Shown piece after piece: positions 29,464-39,600 of a stretch of DNA of 48,295 nt. The notes beneath the pieces were generated by a model, which saw only the letters and a program-made list of their open reading frames with translations, did not search any database and had not been told where the DNA came from. Numbering within the stretch: position 1 is the stretch's first letter; each line of letters begins with the position of its first letter. The stretch comes from Opitutales bacterium (lineage in GTDB: Bacteria; Verrucomicrobiota; Verrucomicrobiia; Opitutales; JABSRG01), in contig JBMYOQ010000023.1 of assembly GCA_049599475.1 (NCBI GenBank), positions 1-48,295 on the forward strand, in the 5' to 3' direction. Position numbers and translations under genes: made by a program.

Positions 29464-29773
29464 ATTGGACTGTATTCGTCGTCTTCTGCTGAGATCTAGG
29501 TTGAAAATGTGTTCTTTTGGAGATTACGGCATTTATCTACTCTTTGCGGGTTTCTGCGCTTTATTAATAAGGGCTTATATCTCAGAGAGTGATGCTAAGG
29601 GACTAAAAAAATGGAGGGTCATTAGGATGAGGACTCTTTCAAATGTGCCCTTAGCTAACCTATAAGGGAATACCCGGAAACGATACCTGTGATTTGCGAA
29701 TGAATACCCCAATAGCGAAAGTATAGCATGCGTTTTTGTATTCCCAAAATTCCCCAAATATTACCCCATTGAT

Positions 29774-32700
29774 ATGAAGACAGCCCTGTGCTTATGTATT
29801 AAAAGCAAGTCTGAGTGTTTCATTGCATCTCTTTATTCTGTAGTGGTAAAACGCATCACAATTTGCGTGGGCCTTGTGGCATTGTCATGCTCGTTCTTGT
29901 GTGCCTCAGTGCTCGATTTTAGGCCTTTGAATCGTGATTTTCCTGGCTTTAAAGAGCTATTTTTCGATGTTGAAGTCGGAAACAATATCGCGACTGGAGG
30001 TGGATTTCCAGAGGGATTCGAAACGATAAACGCCGCCTATGCCTATTTGCACAAGGACAGTCCGTATTGGGGCCAAGCAGCTTACCTTGATCGGCTCAAG
30101 ATATTGTTGGAAGCGCGTATATCGCCGTGGATAGCAGGAGAGTCCCTAACAGATATTTCAGGGACGTTTCACGCTGCGTATGCGTATGCGCTATTGAAAC
30201 ACCATCGTCCTGAAGATCTCACAGCGCAAGAACGCACCGATTGGGAACTCGGTATAGCGCAGATGTGCAATGCCATCCTCGAAAATTCGCTTCTCTATGA
30301 TGATCATATTCTAGCCAGTGCCTGGCTGAATGGGGACATCCGTTTAGCTTTGGGAGTCTATTTTGGAGGGGTCGCGCTCGGGAATGCTCACTATACTACT
30401 CAAGCTCAAGAGGCGATTGATCTCGTATTGAGCCAGGCAGTCGTGGGGGATGGCGCCTCTCATTATGTTGGGTTTAATAATGAAGTACCGACATACCGAA
30501 ATACGACGATAAATTCCTTTTTATGGTGGTGGACGCTTACGGGGTCTCCGGAGGTCAAGGCGGCCCTAGACAAAACCGTTCCGTATATTCCGTTGTCTGT
30601 TGAGCCCTCCGGGTTTCAGGAGCAATCAACAGCCATTAGCTACAAGCACCAATATAACGGATTGCGCGGGCGTAGTGCGGCATTGGCAACTGCGTATTTA
30701 TACGGAGATCGATACAATTATTTCTTTGGGAAACAGGTAGAGTCTACTTTTAGCGAAGAGTATGGTCTTTTATACGCTATCCACTACCAGCCCGGATTGA
30801 CGACGCTGAGACCGCCAGAAAATTTCATAATTCATGATCGAGCGATCATGGGCCCCCGCGGACGTTGGGAGAACTGGGCATTTGTCGCTACGGGAAGGAA
30901 TGTGCAAAGCCCAGACCCAGATCACGAGGATCAGGGGTATGATGGTAAAATGGGCGGAAAAAACACATTTGTGGGAGCGCTCGCATTGGGAGAGTGGGCA
31001 AACAAAACATCGCTAAAAGCGGCCTTGGATGGTGTCACTGTTGAATTTAAGAATAAGCAGGGGCAGGCAACGGATATAGGTAGAAGTAGTGCGGATGGCG
31101 GGATCTACCGTTTTCTTTCACAAGACGAGAATACGGCTACGATTACACGAGAGACCTTTGGCTCGCTTTCTACAAGCTATCGTATTTCCGATCGAGTCAG
31201 CTCGAATGCTACGCCTGACTGGGGTGTAGGCACGCGTTGGCTGGGCGATCAGCTTTGGCTATTAACTGAGGACCGGCTGGTGGGACTCGTGCAGATCCAC
31301 AACGACGAGGGGGATACCGTCTATGGTTTGGATGCACGATTTGTTTTAGTCGGTGGTCGACTCGGGACGATTGGTCAGTATCAAGAACTGGTAGAAGTTA
31401 TCCCCGATAGAGAATTTGACTATGGGGAATTGAGTGTTCGGATCATCGATGAAAATTTTGGAGGCAGTGTGTCTACCGTGTATCAAGGCATTACGGACAC
31501 AAATTCCTTCACAGAGGATAAGCGCACCGCAGTGATTCGGCTTCATGATTCTCTGGATAATCAAGATGATACACCGATTCCGTATCCATCCGGGACGCGG
31601 CGATTTGCCCTCGTAGAGTGCACAAGAACGGAAAAGCCGTTTGCTCAAGAAGCAGTCAATGTTCTCCCAAGTAACCCATACTTCGGAATAGTTGAAGTGA
31701 CTGAATCGAATCGAAAGTTTCGCCTGATTCAAAATTTGACGGCTCAGACTCGGACCTACAGCGGCAATATGTGGCCCGGAGGGAATAATCGAGTAGCATC
31801 AATTCATCGCAGTTGGACACCAGGAGCAGAGGTCCTTCCGGCGGCTGCACCCTATAACTTGGCGGTGGAATTACCTCCCCATAGTCATGCTATTGTGGTT
31901 ACAAGTGAGAACACCGTTGATCATACTGGGAATACTCAATTTTATGAAGATCTCTTTCTCGAAGGTGATTCGGTAGTTGCCGAAAACCAATCTGTAAATA
32001 CCGCGGCGGATGGAGCTGTCGGTGTGCGCTTGCAAGGATTAGTAAGCGATGGGGATCCGGTATATTCCATCGAAACGTTTCCCGCTCATGGCACGCTGGT
32101 GGGCGTGCCTCCCATTTTATCGTACACGCCAGATCCAAATTTCACAGGCACAGACTCAATCCTATTTACAGTGAGTAACCAAGCAGGGGAGACGGCTCAA
32201 GGCGAAGTTCTCATCAATGTTACCCCACCCAACAATCTCGGCCCGTGGACGCCCAGAGGCTACGATGTTGATCGTGAGTTTAGCGAACTCTCCAATACCG
32301 GGTTTTCTCTAAGGTTTAGCGATGATACGGATGGTCGTGCAGATATCGGTGCAGTCAGTGTATTCGAATCTCCCATCACACTCGATTCGGTCGAGCGTTC
32401 AGTTCTCAGTTTCAAGTTTAAGATTGATGATATTACATCAATGGGAGGTTCCAATAATAGCCTAAGGGTTGGATTCTTAAATGACGATATCGGTCCAGAT
32501 CAAGACGCAACGCTCCAGGCTAGCTTGGGGTATGGTGCACCGGGAAACCGCTTTGATGCTCGTTTTTCTGGAAGCTCTGATAACTCGAATATCTTCAAGG
32601 GGGGCACGGCTCAAGATGTTGAGTTAATGGCCCGTTCGACTCCTCTGTATTCCGGTGGAAGTAGTGTAATCGAGCTTACATTAAACTATATTAGTGCGAA

Positions 32701-33298
32701 TGAAGACGGCTCTCACAATTATCGAATCGTGCTCATGTGGGATGGATATAAACATGAGAGTTCTTTGATCACGCGAAACACGGATACTTGGGACAGTGTT
32801 TATATCCAGACGAATAGTAGTGCCGTTCAAGTGGGAGGTGATGGTTTTAGGGTCTCAGAAGCAGAACTGAGGAAGCCGGGTCCCGCATATCTAGACATTA
32901 AGTTCAAGGATTGGCTTGAGCAATTCGGTCTGCCATTTACGGAGCTGGCTCAAAATTCGGATGCCGATGAATATAGTGATTTATGGGAGTTTATTCTGGG
33001 AGGCGATCCCTCTGATCCAGTTGTATGGTCCCAAAGTCCTTTATCCATCGAGTCAAGTGATGGCTTAATCAGGTGCGAGTTTCCTAAGCGCATTCTAAGT
33101 GATGAATTAGGTGTATCCTACAATTTACAGCGATCCTTGGATCTAGAGAATTGGGAGAACGATTTTTCATACCAATCAGAATATGGTCCAATTAACGATT
33201 TGTTCGAGACGGTATCCGTGGTCGTCAACGAAGGCCCTGAGAGTTTCCTTCGGATCAGAATAGTTTCCGATATGGGATTTGATTTTATCAGCGATTGA
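29774..33298 (+). CDS. Secreted modular protein: lyase-fold domain, Ig-like (Big_9/tandem-95), ~210-aa unknown module and verrucomicrobial C-terminal domain
   Basis: Signal region; core paralogous to 19170..22004; AENQSVNT..PAHGTL..SYTPDPNFTGTDS..FTV (Big_9-like); aa ~822-1032 homologous to 40604..41437; C-terminal W..FGL..D.DEYSDLWEFILGGDP..YNLQRSLDLENW..FLRI. Confidence 0.65.
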   Translation: MKTALCLCIKSKSECFIASLYSVVVKRITICVGLVALSCSFLCASVLDFRPLNRDFPGFKELFFDVEVGNNIATGGGFPEGFETINAAYAYLHKDSPYWGQAAYLDRLKILLEARISPWIAGESLTDISGTFHAAYAYALLKHHRPEDLTAQERTDWELGIAQMCNAILENSLLYDDHILASAWLNGDIRLALGVYFGGVALGNAHYTTQAQEAIDLVLSQAVVGDGASHYVGFNNEVPTYRNTTINSFLWWWTLTGSPEVKAALDKTVPYIPLSVEPSGFQEQSTAISYKHQYNGLRGRSAALATAYLYGDRYNYFFGKQVESTFSEEYGLLYAIHYQPGLTTLRPPENFIIHDRAIMGPRGRWENWAFVATGRNVQSPDPDHEDQGYDGKMGGKNTFVGALALGEWANKTSLKAALDGVTVEFKNKQGQATDIGRSSADGGIYRFLSQDENTATITRETFGSLSTSYRISDRVSSNATPDWGVGTRWLGDQLWLLTEDRLVGLVQIHNDEGDTVYGLDARFVLVGGRLGTIGQYQELVEVIPDREFDYGELSVRIIDENFGGSVSTVYQGITDTNSFTEDKRTAVIRLHDSLDNQDDTPIPYPSGTRRFALVECTRTEKPFAQEAVNVLPSNPYFGIVEVTESNRKFRLIQNLTAQTRTYSGNMWPGGNNRVASIHRSWTPGAEVLPAAAPYNLAVELPPHSHAIVVTSENTVDHTGNTQFYEDLFLEGDSVVAENQSVNTAADGAVGVRLQGLVSDGDPVYSIETFPAHGTLVGVPPILSYTPDPNFTGTDSILFTVSNQAGETAQGEVLINVTPPNNLGPWTPRGYDVDREFSELSNTGFSLRFSDDTDGRADIGAVSVFESPITLDSVERSVLSFKFKIDDITSMGGSNNSLRVGFLNDDIGPDQDATLQASLGYGAPGNRFDARFSGSSDNSNIFKGGTAQDVELMARSTPLYSGGSSVIELTLNYISANEDGSHNYRIVLMWDGYKHESSLITRNTDTWDSVYIQTNSSAVQVGGDGFRVSEAELRKPGPAYLDIKFKDWLEQFGLPFTELAQNSDADEYSDLWEFILGGDPSDPVVWSQSPLSIESSDGLIRCEFPKRILSDELGVSYNLQRSLDLENWENDFSYQSEYGPINDLFETVSVVVNEGPESFLRIRIVSDMGFDFISD

Positions 33299-33342
33299 GT
33301 CGCTACACACCGTAGCCTTAAGCCGTTTGCTATGCCTTCGAT

Positions 33343-33366
33343 CGGCTCACCGAGACGGTTCGCCCT
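33343..33366 (-). repeat. REP element, identical to 34-57
   Basis: Exact 24-bp match to 34-57. Confidence 0.75.
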
Positions 33367-33410
33367 GCCTGTTTATTTACGAAAATACTTTTGAGACACA
33401 CTCTGTAATT

Positions 33411-33962
33411 ATGAAAACAGCTTTACTACTAAACCTATTGGCTCTTGCCGGTTGCAGCCGCGTGGTCATTTCCGAGCCGATTGGCGAGGAAATACCTGAT
33501 GCTGATGCAGCATTATTTGCTGGGATGTGGCAGGGTATTGAAGGCGAGCCCTTCGAGGTCCAGTATGATGCTGAGTCCAATGAGTTCACGGTAAGCAGAA
33601 CGGATGCGAGAGAATTCAATGGGACGAAATTTTCGATCCGGTCATTAGCAGAAGATGTCCTTGTGCTTTGGGTGGAGGATAAGGAGCTGACGGCCTATGT
33701 GCCTTTGCGGATTTCCATCTCGTTAGCCGAAGATCCAAAATTTATCACCTTGTTGGTTCCCGATTCGGACGAGGTGGAAAAACGGGTATCCAGTGGCAAA
33801 ATTAAAGGGTCTTATGATGAGGCTTTACGAGCATGGGTGATATCGCCTGAAGCTATATCTGAGACATTACTTTCCAAAGATTTTTGGAGCCTTGAGATTG
33901 TGCCTGCGTTTGTAAAAGTAGATGCAATGAAACAAGTGCATACGGCATCTGAACAACCATAG
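33411..33962 (+). CDS. Hypothetical lipoprotein
   Basis: MKTALLLNLLALAGC has the lipobox LAGC. The track's longer start (33279) would read through the REP and overlap the upstream gene. Confidence 0.75.
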   Translation: MKTALLLNLLALAGCSRVVISEPIGEEIPDADAALFAGMWQGIEGEPFEVQYDAESNEFTVSRTDAREFNGTKFSIRSLAEDVLVLWVEDKELTAYVPLRISISLAEDPKFITLLVPDSDEVEKRVSSGKIKGSYDEALRAWVISPEAISETLLSKDFWSLEIVPAFVKVDAMKQVHTASEQP

Positions 33963-34066
33963 CTCAGAAAGCCTAGTTAAAACTCTCGGGAAATATTTAT
34001 TGATAATTTAGAATCGCTGAGGCCCGGTTTGGGTAACTCGATCATCGTTAACCCTAGTCTTATTAA

Positions 34067-35476
34067 ATGATAAAAAAAATCTCTAATTCCCTGTCTTTAG
34101 TTCTGCTGTCAATTGCTGTCAGTATATCGGAAGGAGCAAAGCCAAATATCGTCATTATCTTCAATGATGACCAAGGATACGAGGATCTCGGCTCTTATGG
34201 CTCGCCGACGATTCGTACCCCTCATGTGGACCAACTCGCGCGAGAGGGCATGCGATTTACTGATTTTTATGTGACTTCATCGGTTTGTTCGCCGTCGCGT
34301 GCTTCATTGCTTACTGGCAAGTTCCCAGACCGCGTAGGTGTGCCTGCAGTGTTCTTTCCAAACCGTCCGGGAGGTCTTGATCCTGAGCATGTGACTATGG
34401 CGGAGGTGCTTCGTGATGCCGGCTATGCAACTGCGGCTATCGGCAAGTGGCACCTGGGAGATGAGCCTCAATATCTGCCCACGAATCAGGGCTTCGACGA
34501 GTATTTCGGCATCCCCTATAGCAATGATATGTTCCCGTCCCTTAGCACGACTTACGCAGAGGATTGTCTTTTCAGGGACGGGTGGTCTGAAGCAAAAATT
34601 CTGGAAAAATTCAAGACCATCGAAAACCCGGGTCACGCATGGGTCTTGCGCGATGTTGTGCCACTCCTTCGCGACACAGAAGCTATCGAATTCCCCGCGG
34701 ATCAGACTACGCTCACTCGGCGCTACGCGAGTGAGGGTATGCGCTTCATTTCTGAGAGTGTCGAAGCGGGAAAGCCCTTTTTCCTTTTTCTGGCGCACAG
34801 TATGCCGCACGTGCCACTCTTCACGGAGGAGCGTTTCATAGGAGCCAGCCTTGATGGCCCCTACGGTGATACTATTGAAGAAATTGACTATCACACCGGT
34901 CGGATGATGGATCATCTGAAGGACTTAGGCATCGAAGATAACACGGTCTTCATCTTTACCTCGGACAATGGTCCCTGGCTGGTTAAAGGCAGGGATGCGG
35001 GCCGTGCGTTGCCGCTTTTCGAGGGTAAAATGACTTATTTTGAGGGTGGGGTGCGTGTGCCGTTTGTGATTCGTTGGCCTGCCCAAATTCCTGCCGGGCG
35101 AGTGATTGCGGAGCCGGCTACAACCATGGATCTGATGCCAACCTTTGCCGAGATTCTTGGAATTGATCTACAGATTGATGGGCTGGATGGTCATTCTATC
35201 AAAGGAATCCTGACCGGAGGACCGGAGGCTCGCAGCCCGCACGAGTATATTTTCTACGACCGCTACGCTGTGCGTCAGGGCAAGTGGAAATATCATCGAA
35301 AGGAGATCTTCAAGGTGCCCCCTACGTCCCGGCTTACGGATGGTCCATCTCTCTACGATTTGGAAGCTGATATCGGTGAAACGACCAACCTGATTGAAGA
35401 TTATCCCGACGTTGCCGAACGTTTGGCTGCAAAGCTCAGTGAACATCTTGAGTATATCGGTGTTCAGCTGGATTGA
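34067..35476 (+). CDS. Secreted Cys-type formylglycine-dependent (S1) sulfatase (arylsulfatase A/GALNS-like)
   Basis: Signal peptide; PNIVIIFNDDQGYEDL, CSPSRASLLTG, GYATAAIGKWHLG, GIPYSNDM, MPHVP, TSDNGPW, EGGVRVP. Confidence 0.95.
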   Translation: MIKKISNSLSLVLLSIAVSISEGAKPNIVIIFNDDQGYEDLGSYGSPTIRTPHVDQLAREGMRFTDFYVTSSVCSPSRASLLTGKFPDRVGVPAVFFPNRPGGLDPEHVTMAEVLRDAGYATAAIGKWHLGDEPQYLPTNQGFDEYFGIPYSNDMFPSLSTTYAEDCLFRDGWSEAKILEKFKTIENPGHAWVLRDVVPLLRDTEAIEFPADQTTLTRRYASEGMRFISESVEAGKPFFLFLAHSMPHVPLFTEERFIGASLDGPYGDTIEEIDYHTGRMMDHLKDLGIEDNTVFIFTSDNGPWLVKGRDAGRALPLFEGKMTYFEGGVRVPFVIRWPAQIPAGRVIAEPATTMDLMPTFAEILGIDLQIDGLDGHSIKGILTGGPEARSPHEYIFYDRYAVRQGKWKYHRKEIFKVPPTSRLTDGPSLYDLEADIGETTNLIEDYPDVAERLAAKLSEHLEYIGVQLD

Positions 35477-35545
35477 GGCAGCATTGGCGCCTTGAGCTTC
35501 TAGTTTCTGAAACCGCTTCTCAGTGAAGCTGATAGATGCCGGGAA

Positions 35546-35633
35546 AGGTAGGGGCAGCCGTCCTCGCTTGACCGCTAAGAATCAATCCAGGCTTATGCAC
35601 TGGAAGATCAACCGGGGACGGTTGCCCCTACCT
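35546..35633. repeat. REPIN (inverted REP doublet)
   Basis: AGGTAGGGGCAGCCGTCCTCGCTTGACC ... GATCAACCGGGGACGGTTGCCCCTACCT. Confidence 0.85.
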
Positions 35634-35703
35634 AAGATATTTCAAAATTCATAAGAATAGATATTTCACATCTGTATCGATCAGTATAATACGCTAATAA
35701 GAA

Positions 35704-36436
35704 ATGAAAATCCCCGTTATGGCAGGGGTTATCCGTAGGCGGGTACTTTTGAATTATCGAGTCGATCCTTGTGTCACCGATAGGCACGTGCCGAGCGGGT
35801 TCAGACCCAAACTAGTGAATAGGCATGCGATCGCGGGAATATGCTTAATACGAATAGAAAAGCTTAGGCCCAAAGGTCTGCCTGCGATGATAGGTGTTTC
35901 GAGTGAGAATTCTGCTCACCGAAACGCCGTCACTTTGAAAAACGATAGCGGAGTTGTCTAAGAAGGGGTTTATATTCCGAGACGCGATACGGCTTCGAGG
36001 GTTGTCGCAATCGGCGGAGGGCGCGTCTTTCCCGGCGCTCATCATTATTCAAAGTTCGACACCAAAGATGTGGGAGGTCGGATTGCTCTGTCCGTGGGCG
36101 ATCGTGCTTCTGTTGTGAACCTTTCTGCAAATGAGTGTGATCGTTTCGCGAGCGGATCCGTTTTTAGCTCTTTAGAAGAATCTTCTAAGTTCTTCGAGAA
36201 GGGATGTATTGGCTATTCAAGTCGCCCGAGTTCCAGAATTCTAGACGGTTTGAGGCTGAAGGTTTCAAGTTGGAAGGTGAGACCGCTGTCTGTGTACTCG
36301 ATCACTTCGAGTTTTTCTTGATAATGGGAGGCTTTTTCCCTCGGGAAGCATTGAGTTTGATCACGGTCTGCTTATGAGGGATATTGCGCATGAGTGGCAT
36401 TCAGAGGCTCCGAGAATGATAGGCGAAAACGAATGA
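35704..36436 (+). pseudogene. DUF2071 (YqjF-like) pseudogene with a nonsense codon and a frameshift
   Basis: In-frame TAA at 35959-35961, after which the same frame continues EGVYIPRRDT..GGRVFPGAHH and joins ORF 36070. A +1 shift in the T-run near 36312-36319 then gives DNGRLFPSGSIEFDHGLLMRDIAHEWH..*, ending at 36436. Confidence 0.82.
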
Positions 36437-36483
36437 TTAATACGTCTCGGTAGCCTTGTTGATCTTCGCATTCAATAAGCGAA

Positions 36484-36508
36484 ATGCGCAAATCCGTATT
36501 GGTGAATT
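36484..36508 (+). promoter_or_regulatory. Putative promoter ATGCGC-N13-TGAATT
   Basis: Recurrent motif pointing toward the ATG at 36694. Confidence 0.3.
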
Positions 36509-36693
36509 GGCGGCTCAAGAATATTCTCAAATTTTCGCACGATCCCAAGGCCCTTAAGGTGCGCTATCAAGGGCGCATACTTGGATGAAATAGACAACTT
36601 GATCACCGAAAATTCTTCCTCGGTGCGATCTTCGATTGGAAGAAATTTTGCGGCGAAATCGAATCGATCCTGAATTACAAAGCTCCGATACCC

Positions 36694-39600
36694 ATGCTTT
36701 ATATGGCACCCCGTACAATACTTAAATGGCTTCTCCTGGCAATTTTTGAATGCTCCACTGTATTTAAAGTCTACGCACAAGAAAACCAAGTTCTTGGCGA
36801 ATTGGATGCGCCGGAGAACTTCGATCTAAGTACTTGGAATTCATATATCGATTACGGTATCGATCTCGATACTCAAACATACGATATCCGGTTTCCTGAT
36901 AATTTTGATCCGAATGAAACCTATGGCTTAGTGACGTACATTAATGCGGGTAATGACGGTGGCACAGAGCACTCAAGCTGGTGGCCTACCATGGACAAAT
37001 ACCGCTTGATTTGGATCGCCGGCGATGGAATCGGCAACGGTCAATTTACAGACAAACGGAACGGAGTGGCTATAAAAGGCGCAATGCGCATGACTGAGCT
37101 TTACAACATAGATCCTAACCGCATTTACGTATCGGGCAACTCAGGGGGATCTCGTTCGGCTTCCAGTCTGAGTTACCACAGAGATGATTTTTTCACCGGA
37201 CTTATTACGATTGTCGGAGTGGCTGCGCCTTACAATGTGCCGGATGATTTTCTTACCGACACCAGCAGGGATGCTTTAAGTTATATCAATACCGTACCGG
37301 GTCGTGGAGATACCGTGTCGGATGTTCGTGTTGCTATCCAAACATACTATAACGCCGATGACCTGGACCTCGAAGGGGATTTTCGCGAGCAAGAAAGTAT
37401 TACTGTATACCAGCATGTCACGCTTCCAAATGAGAGGTTTGGCAAGCTAGTCAATAGCCCAGGGCATCATAGTGCTCGGGTGGGTTATGAATTTTTAGAA
37501 TCGGTGCGGCATATGGAATACCCGATTAATCAGGTCATCAGCGATACTTTCTCTGACGGGTCAGTTGCAACGAATGATGCTGAGGGAAATGGCTTTTTCC
37601 TAGCGCCGGGTTCTACGGGTAGCGCAAGTGAAATTACAATACCTGGAGTAAGCTCAGGGACAGTTGATGTCGTCGAATTGACAGCTGGAACTGAAATCAG
37701 AAGTAGCGATGCCTTCTCCTGGAACAATGAATTCGGGAGCAGGCTTAAAACGAGCCTTCGGTCAGACTATGGCGGAGACTTTAATCAGAGAATGACGGTT
37801 GAGATGGTTCCCGCTGATTCGAGAGAAACCGCTTCATTTAAAATCATTATTGAACAAACGTCTTCTACAGAAAAGTCCGGCAGTATCGTTTTTATAGATC
37901 GTGATAACAATTCAATCCCGCTGTGTTCCTTCAACTTTTCTGCAGCGGACGATCCAATGAGCCGTCCATGGTGGGACCATGCGTATTTTCTAAACGCTTA
38001 CAGCTATGATGGTTTAGGTTACAATTTTAGGGGATTGGAGATTTATTGGTATATGGATGATGAAAAGTTTCAGATCAATTTCCGGCATGATATCGATCGA
38101 GACTCTTTCACGTCTGACCTTGAAACATCTCCTGTGTTATTGAATGATCGTTGGACGGTGCAGGGTCGATGGGAAGATCTAGATTTGCTTGAATCCATCA
38201 ATTCCCTCAAACCGATCAGGCACTGGCGGATGGCTATTTCCAATGAGCCAATGAGTGAAGCAGACGCAGGAAACGCCTACGTCGATGATCTTGAATTGGT
38301 GAACGCGCTTCCTGGGGACTTACCGGCGCAGGATGGCAGTGAAAGTCCAGCTCTGTGCTACCAGCAAAGTAACGATGCTGATGGCATTGTCGTGTTGGAA
38401 GCCGAGCACTACAATCGCCAGGAGATTCAGGGCATTCATCACTGGTTGAATACGACGAGCGTTGTCGGCTATGAGGGCATTGGAGCTGTCACGACCCAGA
38501 CCACGAGCAGTATGGACCACAGTGCCGACATGGCAGCAGAGCGTGCCTCACGTTTGGATTATAGCGTGGATTTTCGCCACACGGGCGAACATACAGTCTG
38601 GGTCCGAGCTTATGCTAATAATCCAACAGCGAATAGTGTTTACGTTGGCCTGGACGATACGGGTGCGGGTGCTGCTTTTTTGAGCGGGTATAGCGATGCG
38701 GCGTATACTTGGAATTCTCAGACGATCACCGTCGACAATGCTGGACCTCAAGATGTCTATCTATGGGTGGGAGAAGCTGGCTTGGTTGTTGACAAAATCG
38801 TTATTGCCGAGAACTCATCCTACATCCCAAGCGATGCTCTCGCCGAAAGTGCATCCTTCGCAGTCTTCCCACCAAATTATCGGGATGTATCCCGCTACTT
38901 ACCAGGGACAATGAAAGAAGACTATGATGGTAATGGGCTTGAGGATATTGCCCAATTTGCAGCCGGTGGCAATTTCGCTTCGAGTGCCTTCGATGATGTG
39001 TTTACGGTTGGGTTTTCGGAAGCAACGGGGGCGATCGACTTTTCTGTATATAGAAGAGATAATTTATCGGATTTTTTTGTGAATCAAAGTGTTATGGTGT
39101 CGGTTGATAATTTAAGAAGCTGGCATGATGTTGACGATCCAGATTTCCAGTACACGGATCTGGGTATTGTGAAATCGAAGCTACAGACCTTGCAGACGGC
39201 TGCGTTACCGGCGGGTATCGTGGATGAATGGCTGTATCAAATTCCACAATCAGGCACATATCCGGCAGTGTTCATACGTTTACACACGGCCTATGATATC
39301 ACGCAGGGAAGTATCTCATTTATTTATGACGATTTTGATGGAGCCGTGGGTGATCTATCTAGCCTCTACGCAGACTGGTCCGTCCTTGGTAGTCCGGCTC
39401 CTCAAGTCACCCCCGGCTCCGGCATCGGGGGGAGTCATGGCGTAGAGGTTGTTGCCGGTGAAGAACACGTCAGTATTCATCGCAGTGTCGAGAATGGTGA
39501 GTCGGATAGTGTATGGACTGAAATGTCAGTGAAAGTGAGCCCAGTCGTCATGAATTTCGGTAAGCCCTATACGGAACCCACAGTTACGGTAGCGTTTTTC

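Noticed and set aside
33279..33410. N-terminal extension of the lipoprotein ORF in the track
   Set aside because: It overlaps the upstream gene and translates a REP; the lipobox signal starts at ATG 33411.
35959..35961. Programmed readthrough or recoding in the DUF2071 gene
   Set aside because: The stop is TAA, not TGA/TAG, and a second frameshift lesion exists, so decay is simpler.
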